A stretch of 56,686 nucleotides of DNA, counting the filler, from Jimgerdemannia flammicorona (taxonomy: Eukaryota), in the NCBI GenBank assembly GCA_003990765.1. It is 2 parts of 2 records of this genome, joined end to end, with 100 filler letters (N's around TTAATTAATTAA, not from the genome) between each part and the next. Parts side by side here need not be neighbours in the genome. Positions count along the whole stretch, not along the records: positions 1 to 28,298 come from RBNJ01000572.1; 1 more part is not named here. One strand, given 5' to 3'. A program made the translations under genes and the position numbers. This document shows, piece after piece, positions 1-14,652 of the stretch (within the stretch, counting starts at the first letter, position 1; each line of letters opens with the position of its first letter). Under the pieces are notes generated by a model. The model was not told the DNA's origin. It ran no database searches and was given only the letters and a program-made list of their open reading frames with translations.

Positions 1-1931
1 ATCTTTATACTTGAACACTATCTTACCATCCACTACCCCAATCCTCTCTCCACTCTACCAACAAATTTTCTCTACCAAACAATACCTCTGACCACTCTGC
101 AGACCCCATCCCAGCCACCAGTCCATCAAGATATTCTCCATCAACTCTTCTCACCACAATAGCCACTCCTCTAATTCCAAATACCTCCCTTCCTCAAATA
201 CAAATAACCAGTATCCTACCAGCCCCACCTATATAGCTAAAACCTAATCCAAAATGAGCCACTCCTTTCTGATCTCTCTCACCAATCTATCTCTCAGATT
301 CTCCCATCAACTCTGCTCACTATCCTCCCTCCTCACAACACCCAATTGATTTCTAACTACTAACCAAAAGTCACTAAGTATCTCACACTCTCCTAGCTAA
401 TATTCTGACATCTGTACAAACTCCTCTTTCTGTTCTATATTATAATACTCCTCACAGTCAAAGTTACTCCCCTCTACTAAGTGATTTGAGTGAAAGTTGA
501 GCATAATATTCCTCTATAGCATATATCATCAAACCACTCATTACTTAGATAGTAGTCATTACTATATCTCTACACTCTAGGTCCAGACTCCATTTCAGTC
601 CCACTCTTCTCCAATATCTTCTATCTACTAACTACTAGGCCAAACATCCTGTCCCAACCCCCTCTAACACTCAACTCTATTACCAATATCAAAGTCAATT
701 AGGAGAGTACCTCCTAATAACACTCAATCTCATCTCTATATCACTGGGCCCCAAGACATCTCTCCTTCATCCTCCTGCCAGCAGATTCTGATATAGTATA
801 CTCCATCAATCACTCTCTACCAGAAATCCTTATGCTGCATATATCTACTATTCTGAAGCCCCACTAAGGACAGTAGATCTCCAATAGAGCTCCTTAGTGA
901 AAACCTCATCTTCCAGACCTTCTTCATCAGAGTGACCTAGCTACCACCCCTCAGTTCTACTGCTCTCTTCATGCTTGTAGACAATGCAGTCTCTTTGAGA
1001 AGTCAACCAGCTCCAGGCCTCCTCTAGTCACTGGTAATGATAAGATTTCCCAACTAATCTGACTCCTTCTTTCCACCCAGATCCATTCTTCGGCCTGCTT
1101 CAATAGCCTCTTTACTACCTAGGCAGGAAATATACCAAATACCACAGCTTTGGCAGCCAGTAGATATTCAAAATTGAAACATACCCTACCAAAGATAAAT
1201 GATGGTCTCCTTAACTCTGCAGGGCCTCCTTCCAGATAGCCACCTATTGCTCCCACCAAGGTTGTAATAGGACTGATCCATATACTAAGAGATAGATGCC
1301 CAAGTACCTTACAGCCTCTCCAGTAGAGAAAATTGTTCCAATGATATCCCCTCCCACCAGATCATTACCTAATACTATCATTTTATACTTATACTAATTG
1401 AGTTTAGCCCCAGAGTATACCTCATACCACTCTACTGTTTTCTGGAGTTTTTTGATATCTGTAACTAATCTCAGACCAATTATTATATTATCTGCAAAGG
1501 CCCCAACTTTCTACACAATTCCAAATACTGAGAGCTCTACTACCTTCTACTGAATCTTATCTATCAAGGGCTCCAAAGATAAAGCATATAAAATAGAAGA
1601 CAGCAGGTCCTCTTGTAGAATATCCCTATCTAGAGGAAACACTACCTCTCAATGCCCATTGCATATGAGTGCTGCTCTACTCTCTTTTAGTAGACTGATT
1701 ATTGTCACTCAGAACTACTGAGAGATACTAATCTTATCTAGTATCTTTGCCAATCAGATCCACTATATATGATCATATGTATGTCTTCTCCTGATTCAAG
1801 AAAACTAATCTCCCATCCAGTCTACAGGCTCAAGTCTCTTCAATAATGTTGTGTACCTAAGCTATACCATCTCTAATAAGCTAGCCCCCTATAAAACCTT
1901 ACTGCTTCTCATCCAAAACTTACTGGGCTAC
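1..1931 (-). mobile_element. LINE-1/Tx1-like non-LTR retrotransposon copy 1, 3' part of ORF2 (RT C-terminal half), decayed; runs off window start
   Basis: Colinear homology with 2065-4005 of LINE copy 2, which encodes the GVPQ..LSP, AFADxI and YLG motifs. It stops at TACTGGGCTAC, where the poly-T of copy 2 begins. Confidence 0.85.
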
Positions 1932-1985
1932 TTTTTTTTTTTTTTTTTTTTTTTCTTTTTATAGTCTCTTGGACTCTGCCATTTA

Positions 1986-4900
1986 TTACCAGTCTATACT
2001 TATAATTACATTATCTCCTCCTACTACCCAATCTCCATAAGGGAATCCCTCTCCCCCTACTTCTTTATACTTGAAAATCACCCTATCCCCCACTACTCCA
2101 ACCCTCCCCCTACTCTGTCTATAGATTCTCTCCACCAGATGATACCACTGGCCACCCTACAGATCCCAACCAAGCCACCAGCCCATCAGAGTGTCCTCCA
2201 TCAACCCTTCCCATCACCTCAGTTACACCTCCAAGTCCAGACATCTTTCTTTCTCAAAAATAAACAACCAATGATCTGCCAACCCCACCCATACAGCTAG
2301 TACTCAACCTAAAGTAAGCTACTCCTTCCTAACCTCTTCCACCAATCTATTACACAAATCCTCCCACCAACCCCACACACCATCCCCCCTCCACATAATA
2401 CTCAGTTGCCTCTCAACTGCTATCCAAAAGTCACTAAGCACTTTGCACTCCTCTAGCCAATGTTCAGGTAACTGCACAAAACCCCCTTTCTGCCTAACAT
2501 TGTAGTACTCCTTACAGTCAAAGATACCCCCTTCCACAAGATAGTCAGAATGAAAGTTGAGTATAATATTCCTCCTTAATATATATCACCAGACCACCCA
2601 ATACTTCAGTAGTAGCTACCATCTAACCTCAGCACTCCAGGCCCAGACTCTATTTCAGTCCCACTCTTCTCTGATGTCCACCAACTACCACTCACTGGGC
2701 CACAGATCCTGCCCCAACTCTCTCTGGCACTCAACCCCATTACCAATATTGAAGTTACTGAGAGGGATACCCCCCAGCAATACTCAGTCCCATCTCCACA
2801 TTGCTGGGCCCCAAGGTATCTCTCCTTCATTTCTCTGCCAACAAATGTCAATGCAGTGTACCCCATCTATGACTCCCCATCAGAAGCCCTTAAACCACAT
2901 GTGCCCATTATTCTGAAGCCCAACCAAGGACAATAGATCTCCTGTAGAGCCTCTTGGTGAGGACCTCATTTTCCAGACCTTCTTCAATAGAGAAACCCAG
3001 CTACCACTTCTTAGCTCCATAGCTCTCTTCAGCCACCATGCTCTCAGGTAGTATAATCTCTTTGAAAAGTCAACCAGTCTGAGTCCCCCTCTAGCTACTG
3101 GCAAAGACAAGATTTTCCAGCTAATCTAACTCCTCCTCCCAGCCCAAATCTACCCCTTGATCAGTTTCAGCAGTCTTCTCATCACTCAGACCAAGAAGTC
3201 CAAATAATAAGTCAAATATCACAACTTTAGCAGCCAGTAAATATTCAAAATAGAAACATGCTCTGCCAGAGACAAGTAGTGGCCTTCTCAACTCTGCAGA
3301 GCCTTCTCCCAGATAACAACCTACTGCTTCTACCAGAGTTTTGGTAGAACTGACCCATATACTGAGAGATAGATACCCAAGTACCTCACTGCCTCCCCAG
3401 TAGGGACAATTGTTCCTATAATATCTCCCCCCTATTAGGCCATTTCCTAGCACTATTGTTTCATATTTGTACTAATTTAGTTTAGCCCCAGAGTGTACCT
3501 CATACCACTCCACAGTCTCCTTGAGTTTCTCAATATTATTAATTAAGCTCAGGCTGACTACTATATTATCTGCAAAGGCACCAACTTTCCACTCTATACC
3601 AAATACTGAAAGCCCTCCTATCTGTTGCCAAATCCTATCCATCAAAGGCTTTAAAGAGAGTATATACAGAATAGGAGACAGCAGGTCCTCCTGAGGAACA
3701 CCCCTATCCAGAAGGAAGACCACCCCTCTATATCTATTATACATGAGTGCAGCTCTGCTCCCTTTCAGTAGGCTGACTATTGCTGCTCAGAACTGTTGAG
3801 AGACACCAATCTGATCTAATATCTTTGCCATCCAGACTCTTCTAATACAGTCATATGCCTTCTCCTGATCCAAGAAGACCAGGTGCCCATCCAGTCTACA
3901 GGCTTGTGCTCCCTCAATAATGTCATGTATCTAAGCTGTACCATCCTGAATGAGCCAGCCTCTGACAAAGTCCCACTGCTCCTCCCCCAAGATCTGTTGG
4001 GCCACCTTCTGCAGCCTTGCTATCACTACCTTAGTGACCAACTTTCTATTTATGTCCAGTAGCATAATCAGTCTCCAGTTCTTCCAGTCCTCTCTCCTGC
4101 CCTTATTCTTATATAGCAGTGCCACCAGCCCCAGATCCTGCTCACCTACCTATCTCCTGGACTATAGCATCTTATCACAAAGTGCCTTCAGCTCTTTCAG
4201 TATACTAGAGATACTCACTATCTTCTTCCAGAAGTCCCAGAGCAGGCCATTCTCTCCTGGTATTATATCTAGCATAGTTATGACAAAAACCTAGTAAATC
4301 TCCTCCTCCTATATTGGCAGCACTAGGTCACTTAGTTCTTCTACCTTTGGTGGGTACCAATCTTCCAAGGCATGCTCAATGGTGGCTGCATCAGCCCCAC
4401 CCTCTTTCTTACTCTACAAACCACTCCACCTCTCCTTCAATAATCTGAGAATATTATATATGCTATATACCAATAGCCCCTTAGAATCAAGAACCCCCTC
4501 TCACCACTGCTGAACTCTCCTTGCCCAAAGAGCTCTCATGAGAAACTTAGAGAGCCTTTTACCTTCCTCCAGCCCCTGCCAATATAGTCTTGCCACCAAA
4601 CTCTACATCTGTGCTTCCTCCTCCTCCCACAATATCTGTTGTAACTCAATAACCTCCTTTTTTATCTATAACAATCTCCAATCCTCCACCCTCTCTAGGG
4701 CCAACAAACCTGTCCAATCTTCCAACAACCTTGTCAGTCTAGTAGAAGCCCACATTATCCTCTTCCTCTTCTGTCTACCAGCCATCTTACTGGCCTCCCT
4801 CCATTATACCCAAGTAGTCTCTTTCAACCTCATCCACCTAACTCTAACTGGAGCACCTTTCTATATCTACCTCTCTACCCTCTGCTGAATATCCTCAACC

Positions 4901-5685
4901 TACTCATCTCATAGTACTATATTGTCTAATAAGGAGAAGTTGAGGCACCAATGTCCCAGTCCATCCCCACTTTCCCCAAAATGACTCTGTCCCAGCAATC
5001 CCCAATGATCTGACCACAGACACTATTCAGTCTCCAGTAACTACCAAACATCCAGACCCCAGTAGTCTACCATCAAAATCCAGTCAATTCTTGTCCCCAG
5101 GCCACTCACCCAATACATATATATCCTTCTATTACTCCAAAACCCCCTGCCAGCATCCAGCAAAGCACTCAGCCACTCTACTTCCTCCCATACCTCCAAA
5201 TCTCCACTCCTACCCTCTGCCCCCTGTCCTCCATTAGTTCTATCTAAAAGTGCATCTCTGACCATATTAAAGTTCCCCCCAAGCACATCTACTCCAGCCT
5301 CTATCAAGGTCCCTCCCTCCTGGAGACCTCTCATCCATTCTACACACTCACTCTACACAACAGGGTAGTAACAGAATCCTACTATAACTGGCTCCTGACT
5401 AGTACAAATTCACTCTCTCCAAACCAATCTGTCTCTTCAGTTCTACATATCTCATACCTCCCCTCTGCTCCTCCTGACCAGAATCCCAACCTTGCTCTTC
5501 CAAACTGCCTCCCCTCTCCATTTCTTTATCCATTTCAGTATATCTAAATTATCCTTACATCTGATATCCTGCAAAAGAAAGAGATTGGTCTCCAATTTCT
5601 TTAGCCAAGCAAAAATGTTTCTTTGTTGAAATGAACCCCATAGCTTATTCACATTTAAAGAAAAAATATTAGTTATACTATTCAT
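1986..5685 (-). pseudogene. LINE copy 2 ORF2: APE endonuclease plus reverse transcriptase, many stops
   Basis: APE motifs: MNSITNIFSLNVNKL..LFLLQD, LGGNFN, TRIDWIL. RT motifs: LLYKNKG..KNWRLIMLL, GVPQEDLLSP, AFADNIV, YLG. Confidence 0.9.
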
Positions 5686-6057
5686 AAGGAATAATGTAAA
5701 ATAATAAGCATATCCTCTACTGCTCTATGTTTATCTCCTCTTGAGCAAAGTCTAGATCATATTCAGCACTCATCTCCTCCTCTTCAATTCTCTTAGCCTC
5801 CAATTCAACCAAAAGTTCTACAAGCTCTCCATCTTCTTTCTCCTTGAACTCCTTATGATATTTCAGGCAAGCCTCCTGCCAGAGCTGCAACCCATACTAC
5901 TCTGCCCAACAGAAAGTGGTCCACTCACTAGCAGCAACCACCAGCTCAGCCTCTCTCTCCTTATTAATCTCATACTCTTTCTTCTCCAGGAAAACTGCAA
6001 GAATCTCTGCCTTCAGTACCTCCACCACCCCCTCACTATATAGAATACATGTCTAAT

Positions 6058-8134
6058 TGTAAGTGCACAACCTCCAAGCCACCAAAACCACATGTTACCC
6101 TCTGAACAAGCCACTGAAATCATATGTGACCTCCAAACAAATCTGGAAATCACCTGCAAGATCATGAAGCTGAGTCAAACTGAAGTCACAGCACACAAAG
6201 CTGAGTCAATATGAAGTCATGGAATACAAGAATTACACAAATAGAATCTTACCAATCAGGACCAAATGCATATATACCAAGCACCAAGACATGTCAAAAC
6301 AGAGAACCAAAACAAACAACAACCACAACTTCTGAATATACACAAACATGACTACTGAGATCTATAACTGCATCCGCACTGACATTTGGAATGTCATTGT
6401 CAACCGAGCCACACCCTCTCTGCCCCTCATAAATATCCATAGTCTAGCACCCCTCTACTTTGTGGAAGTCTGATGGAATGCCCTGAACATACTTAGTGAA
6501 GCCCACCAAATCAGACAAATCTCAAGCTACTACCAGGTCAGCTGCCTCCTGGAAGACATAGTCAAATACTATCATGATACAGATATTACCCAGATATTCC
6601 AACACCAGAAACTCATTATCCACAAACATTAAGAACTCTTCTATAAGTATAGCACCATTATCTCCTGCCTCTGAGTTACTACCACCAAAATGGTTGCTAT
6701 TCTGTCTTATGGTCAAATTGATGACATGATACAAGAACTCAATCACAAGTACCTCAAGTATATTCAGACCACAGACAGAACCTTCCTGTACCCCAATGAC
6801 TATATTCTGCAAATACCTCAAGTCAGATACATGATAAAGGATGTCTATGATATAATTTGATTCAATAAAGATGAAGCAGAAGACAATGATCCCTCCAACA
6901 CTAACATGACCTCCAGTCAGTCAGAAATCTCTGCCAACTCTGATCATACCACCAACCTTGCTGATGAACTTGCAACAGTTCATAACCACCTATAAGATCT
7001 ACTGGGACAATGATCACTGGTATGAATATCAACCTATATTCACCCCTGATTACTTCAACTATAATGAAGAGACTGGAGAATATAACCTATATCTTCAGAC
7101 AACTCTCAAGATTGAACCAACCACTCTATTACTTGAGTATGAGCAATATGAACCACAGCCACTAGCTTATTATAACCTAGCAACTCATAGTACTGTAACT
7201 TATAGAAGGTATATAGACAGCAAATCCAATGAAAGTGAAGATGATATATCACTCCTTTGCCCACCAACTCCATACCTAGTATATGAGACAGATGATGCCA
7301 TCCTGTAGGATAGAGATGAAGTCCCAATGTATTATTACCTCAGTAAATAAGGAGAAGTAATCTGCAAACTACTCTTCCTAGATGACTACTTCATCAGAGA
7401 TGATATTATTGATAGTGATGTCATCAAAGACTACCCAGATAGTATTTAAACTTATAAATAGCTTAGCAGTCATAGTATAGTTAGATTAGCCTTATATAAT
7501 ATGATAGTAAACTGACTCAGCAATCAGACAATCTCTTGACATGTCAGATCACACTTATACTATGTAACTGCATTCCAACTCAGCAAGGCACTAAGTGCTA
7601 CATCCATATCTAGCATAGTCTAGATAACCCCTCACTAGTATAAATACCCCCTCCCCCAGACTCAGAATCTCAGACTTAAACAGACTTAAACACACAAGAA
7701 CATTCCTGAATACTTCTCCACAATATCCCTTTATACAACTACTCCTAGTATAGCAATATCATAAATAGCAAATAAACCTATTTAATAACCCACAAACTAC
7801 TCTTAAGTAAATCCACTCCCTGTTAGGTCCCACTCCTAACCTCATTATGAAATTTCCTAATTAGATATTATCTGCAGTGATATGCTAATTTAACTAAGCT
7901 GGTCTTAGTTTCTTGAACTTCCTGAAATACAGAAAATCCTGAATATCCAGAACTAGTCCAAAAAAGGACTTTGGTTGAGATGTCAACCCAATCTTGAAAT
8001 CAATAAGCATAGAGGATGTACTCTATATGAAATTGATCTTGACCTTAAGAAAATGGTCTTTCAGAATATCCAGAACTTCCAGAAAACCCTTCCAGAACTA
8101 TGTAACAGTTACCCTAAAAAGCAACTCTCTTACA
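6058..8134 (+). repeat. 5' LTR of copy A (type I, ORF-containing)
   Basis: TGTAAG start, CTTACA end, followed by the PBS ACTTGGTAGCAG. Direct repeat of 14653-16709. Confidence 0.95.
6348..7449 (+). pseudogene. LTR-encoded ORF of unknown function, decayed copy
   Basis: Homologous to 30089-31186 (MTTEIYN...DYPDS); stops and a 4-bp AGTC duplication frameshift. Confidence 0.75.
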
Positions 8135-9095
8135 ACTTGGTAGCAGTGGTTTACAATCCAATTCCACTTCAAGATGCTTCCTTATTCTGCTACAAATTTC
8201 TCTGAGAATTTCTACAAGTTCATATAAAGTCCAACCTCTGAACTAGAATTTATCCTGAACCATCTGACAATCTAGAGAGAATTGAACCTGATATACAAGG
8301 ACAATTTGACCTCCATACCTGTAATAAGTGGGACAAACTTCACTCAAAGAAAGAAGTACTCTGATTAAACCAGTAGATAGGTGAAACCTTATTCACCAAA
8401 CTCCTTGCTCTACACCCAGTAAGTCAAGATGAAGAAGGTCTTATAGAAGTCTTCTTTACTCTTCTCAACAAGAGTTTTGTCAGCTCCACAAATCTAAGCA
8501 ATCTAGGACAATCAGCAGTAGTCTTTCTAGCCTTAGTTCCTCACAAAGCCCAAGCCTCTATAGCCAAGTGGCTCAACTCTACCGACTTTCACCATACTAG
8601 GACCAAGGCCACATCATACTACTGATTCCAGAACAACAATGCTCACCATATTCTTAAAGAAGAAGCAAGAGAAACTCTTCATCAACAATCTGATCCTGAA
8701 CTAGAAGCAGGCCCAGCTATAGCTCTACCTGAACCAGAAACCAATATCAAACCAGAACTTGACTTTGAATTAAGTCCATCCAAAATCAGATATATAACTG
8801 ATTCTGTCTACTTTGACACTAAGCAAACCCAATTACACAGGGACCAAACTGAAGAGGAGGAGGAGTATCTTAGTGAATTTGATCCTGGATATACCACTAA
8901 AGGAGACACACCTCCATCAGGACAGAATACACCTATACAGCAACAGACAGCTATCTATTGAGCCCTTACTCCAGACCCACAACTATTACTCCAGCAACTT
9001 AACAGATCCAAAGAACACCCTCACACTCTGTACCAGTACCTCAAGTAGTACCAGTAACACCACTACCAGCAGTCCAACCACCTCTAGTAAACAAC

Positions 9096-12000
9096 ATAGC
9101 AAACTAACAGATTCTAGACCTTACAGCCCAGGTAGCCATAATGGTAGCAACCATTACTGCCTTAGTGGAACAGATCTGACTTATCAAAAATCTGAGCCTA
9201 CTTACCTTCAATAGTACTGCACAAGAAGTCCAAAGCTTTATTAGTATAGTTGATACCAACTTCAAAGCCAATCAATGGACCAATGAGCAAGTTGCTGACC
9301 ACCTTCTGACAAATAATTAAGACTACACTCTGAAACAACTTTTTGCTACCACTACAGCCTATGTCTGCCAAGTTGTTACATTCTTCCAAGGACCCACCGA
9401 AGAATGGTAGTGAACCCTTTCTGAAAAACCCCTTATATGGGATACCTGACCTATAGTAGTTGCTCAAAATACAGCAAACAATGCCCCAGGATATGGAGCC
9501 CATCCTACAGTCCCTGGACTCAAACAACTCATAATTGCTCAATACCACAGTGAAACCATGATTGCTGAATCTCGAGTAAAACTCTGCAATCTCAAATTTG
9601 ATATACATATATAGCAAGGAAGAATTTGAAACCTTATGTACAAAACTTGAGTCACTTCTGAACACTGTTGGCCTAGGATATATTGCCAATGATGAAGTAT
9701 GAAATAGTACAAGAGCAGACCATCTATTTGATATACTACTTGAATGGCTTACTAGAAAAATCTGAGAACAAGACTGCCCAGTTGGTTGTGATCACCAACA
9801 ATAGTACCTGGCAAGAATCAAGACCATGGTCAAGTGAATCCTAACAGCTGGACCAATTCTGCTCTAAAGACAATTTAACAACAAGAAAAAGACTTGGACT
9901 AAGAAAAAAGAACCCAAGCATGAAGCATCCTGAGCTCTCTCAACATCCACCTCATGGATACTCAGAAATCATGAACCTACCCAGCTGAGTACCTTTAAGA
10001 AACTCACTGAAGGAGAAAGAAACGAACTTCAGAGAAGTGGAGCATGCTTCTATTGCCAAAAGACAGGATATATAGTCAGTGCTTGCCCCAACTGAAAACC
10101 CCAAACAGCAATATGAGCAACTATTACTACTCTACACCACCTCAATAACCTGACTACCAGAATACTAGACTTTGTCAAGTTAAGACAAACTGCTAAGACC
10201 CCAACCAAAGGAAGTCAAAAGGCAGCTAGATATGACCTATATGCAGCCAAAGAAGCTACAGTTTCCAACCGAGAAGTCAAGCAAGTCTATACAGAAATCA
10301 GCATCCAAATCTCTGAAGGATATATTGGAAGAATATGCTGTCACAGCAGCCTAGTATTGAAAGAACTCTCAGTAGAAGGAGGAGTCATTGATGAAGATTA
10401 TACAGGCAAAATTATTGTTCTCATTCAAAACCATAGTTGGATACTCTTCAAGATCTCTATTGGTTTCTGCATCACCCAGATCCTATTTGAGAAAATCAAG
10501 TCAACTCTGACAGTCAAGAAAGTCTCTGAACTACTGCCCACCATCTGAGGATCCAAAGGATTTAGCTCATCAAACAAAGCCCCAGCCCAACCTACTATGA
10601 GCAAAGAAGAACAATTCTACAAGAAAATTGAAGATGGATATATACCAAGTGGCTGATGTCCCCATGGCATTGGAATGTATTCTTCCTGAATGATTGATGA
10701 TTGCTTCTCTTGTATCAATGAATTGGCTCAAAGAAGAACTAACAGAAGGAAAGCTCCTACAACTAAAATTACTACCATTGGATTAGACAAACTGCTTACA
10801 CTCCAAGCTTTTGTCAACCGAGCACCTGTTAAGATTATAATAGACAGTGGTGCCTCAGGCAACTTCATCAATGAAGAAACAGCCAATAGACTCAAGGTCT
10901 TCACCTCCCCAGTACAACAAACTCAAGCAGTTGCTATAGCTGATGGAATCTTACATGTCATTAGCAAGGAAGTTTGCAATCTACCCTTCCAAATTGGTTA
11001 CTACCAAGTACATATTACTCTCTAGATCATACCACTTTCTGATAATGAAATCATCCTTGGAACCCCATGGTTGAAACAAGAAAACCTTATGATCAATTGG
11101 ATGAACCATTCTCTGACCATCAAGAAAGGATGCCACAACTTCAAACTGCAAGGTGAAAAGGACCCACTCAACTCTAGTGACCCTGGACCAAAGATCACTC
11201 ACATCAATAAGCTACAGCTCAAGAAATTGGTCAAGAAATATCCTCTCTTTGCCATCTCTATCCATCCATCCAAAGGAGAACCCAAGAACTCTGAAGAAGA
11301 CTTTTCTAAAGTTGACAGCTGTATCAGACCACTACTCCAGAAATTCCAAGACATATTTCCAAAGAAGCTCCCAAAAGGTCTACCTCCTAAATAAGCAGTA
11401 TACCATATCATTAAGACTATTCCAGATGCCAAGCCAGCCTTCAAGTCAATCTACCACATATCTCTGAGAGAAATTGATATACTCAAGAAAGAAATTGATG
11501 AACTCCTAGAATAAGGATTCATCAGACCCAGTGTATCACCATATAGTGCACCAGTCCTCTTTGTTGTCAAGAAAGAAGAAGACCTACAAATGTATATTGA
11601 TTACTATAACCTCAATGAACAGACCATCAAGAACTGTTGTCCACTACCCAGAATCAATAAAATATTTGATAGACTTACCAACCCACAATTTATGAGCTCT
11701 TTTGACCTACAAAATGGTTACTGGCAAATTGCTATGAAAGAAGAAGACATCTACAAGACAGTCTTCCAAACTTGCTATGGACATTTCGAATTCCTGATTA
11801 TGCCCTTTGGTCTAACTAATGCTCCTGCAACCTTCCAGATACTGATGAATACCATTCTGCACCCATACCTGGATAAATTCATTATTGTCTACATTGATGA
11901 CATCCTAGTCTTCAGCAAAACCCTGGAAGAACATCTTGAACACCTCAAACTAGTATTACTGAAACTCCAAGAAAACCAACTCTTTGCAAAACTCAGCAAG

Positions 12001-14222
12001 TGTGAATTTCTCCTGAAAGAAATTCAATTCCTTAGACACATTGTCATGCCAAATAGAATCAAAGTAGACCCTAGCAAAATCTCTGCAATCAAGGATTGGC
12101 CCAGACCCAAGAAACTGAAAGACCTTCAGTCATTCCTGAGATTAGCAAACTATTATAGGTGATTTGTTACCAACTTTACTAAAATCACTACTGCTCTTAC
12201 CCAAATGACCAAGCACAATAAGAAAGAAGAACAGCCCTGGACCATGAAAAAGAAAAAGACTTCAACAATCTTGCAAATTGGGGACCTGAACAAGATATAG
12301 CCTTTCAAGTACTAAAAGATACCTTGATAATCACTCTAGTACTTCAAGTGGCAAACTCTGCCCTACTATATAAAGTTACTACTGATGCTTCTGACCTAGC
12401 ACTTGGAGCAGTACTCATGCAAGAAGGACACCCTGTGACCAATCACTCTTGAAAGTTTAATGATGCTGAAATCAACTACACAACTCACAAGAAGGAAATG
12501 TTAGCCATTATAGACACTCTGATTAAATGGTGACCATATCTAGAAGGAGCACACTTCACTGTATTGACTGACCATAAGTCATTAGTCAACATCAAGACCC
12601 AGGCTACCCTTTCTTGAAAGCAAGCCAGATAGATGAAAGTCCTTACCAACTTTGACTATGAAATCCAGTATCACCCTGGCAAGAAAAATATTGTTGTCAA
12701 TGCAATCTCCAGACCACCAATCAAAAAAGTTATCCAAACCTCACCTTGGTTACAAACTCCATCATGGAACAAATCATTACTGCATATGCTGATGATAAAG
12801 AAGCTCAAGCACTCTGAGAAATTCTGAACCATGATGATGCTAATAAGTATACCCAGTACAACTAATACCAACTCAAGAATAATACTATCTACTACAAGGA
12901 CAGATTGTATGTTCCAAACAACTGAGACCTCTGAAGAACTATCCTATTCAAATATCATAATATCCCAACAGCTGGATATTTAGGATTTGACAAATGCTAT
13001 GAAGTTATCTCCCGAAACTTCTATTGGCTCCACATGGCAGATCAGCTCAAGATCTACATTACTTCATGTGATACCTGTCAACAGAACAAGTTCTCAACAC
13101 TAGCAAAACCTGGTCTACTCTACCCTATCTCAGTACTATCCACTAATTGGAAACAAATCTCTATGGACTTTATTGTACAACTACCCCAAACTAAGAATGA
13201 GAAAGATACAATTGTTGTCTTTATGGATTATCTCAGCAAACAAGCCCACTTTATATCAACTACTACTACTGCAATAGCACCAGATATAGTCACACTCTTG
13301 TTTGACAATATCTTCTGCTATCATAGTCTTCCCAAAATCATTATTAGTGACCAAGATCCGAAATTCACCAGCCATTTTTGGAAAGCCCTCCATGCATACA
13401 AAACTCGCACTATCTACAGCCTTTTACCCTGAAACTGATAGCCAAACTGAAAGAATGAACTGAACTCTGGAACAAATGCTAAGGAACTATGTTTCCTACA
13501 GATAAGATGATTGGCATGAACATCTCACCACAGTTGAGTTTGCCTATAATAATAGTAAGTAAGTCTCTCTTGGAATGACCCCATTCTTTGCCAATACTGG
13601 ACAAAACCCAAACACCCTACTGACACTTATCTGAACTACTGATGAACCCTCCACAGTTGAAGCTGTTGAAGAATTCCTGCTCCGAATATGCAATCTAAGC
13701 CAGATTGTGATTGAAAACTTATTATGAGCTCAAGAACAACAGTTACGGTATATTAATCAGCACTGCTGAGAGGAAACTTTTGATATTGGAGAAAAAGTTC
13801 TATTGGACATCTGAAGATACTGAGTTGACAACCTCAAGCACAGACCATCTATCAAACTGAATAGTAAGTTTATTGGACCATTCAAAGTTATTGCACAGGT
13901 CTCTCCTACTTCCTACAAATTAGTACTACCAGATACTATTAGGATTCACTCAGTCTTTAATGTCCAATGTCTCAAGCAATACAATAAGAATGACGATGAA
14001 CTATTCCCAAACCAAACCACAGAACCACCTGTATCTGTTATTATTAATGACTAAGAAGAGTATAAAGTTGAACAAATTCTCAACAAAAATAGCAACAAGA
14101 ACCACCCTGAGTACCTTGTCAAATGGAAAGGTTATCCAATCCATGATGCATCATGGGAACCCAAGACCAATCTCCAGAATGCCACTAACTTAGTTCAGAA
14201 ATATGATTCCTTGAATAACTAA
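9096..14222 (+). pseudogene. gag-pol: Copy A gag-dUTPase-PR-RT-RH-INT-chromodomain polyprotein, decayed
   Basis: GVIDEDYTG (dUTPase), IDSGASGNF (protease), MPFGL and YIDD (RT), MDFIVQLP and SDQD (integrase), YLVKWKGY (chromodomain). Confidence 0.93.
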
Positions 14223-14652
14223 AATCTAAATACTCCTGCACCTATCAGTTTATACTATATATTACTCTTCTAAACATATTAATTATCATGAACCAAATTA
14301 AGAACTCAGCAAGTCAAGACAAAAGAATACCAACCCTCTAGAAAAATAGTAAAACTGAAAGCCAGCCTATTCTCCCTGTATCACTGGTGGGAAATGAGAT
14401 ATAGACATTTAAGAAGATTCCTTAGAGGAAATTCTCTAACAGTGAATGATGTCAGAATCACTTCTGGTACACAGTATTGAACATATGATCCTTTAATATG
14501 TGAATCCAATATATTAGGCAACTGTACTATGAGTATGCCACTTTCTGAGAAAAATAGACTTTACCAGACTTTTGACCTCCCAAATGATATAACAACACTA
14601 GAACAAATTAGAAGGCCCCAATGAGAATGTTGAAAGCTAAGAAGGGAAGAGT

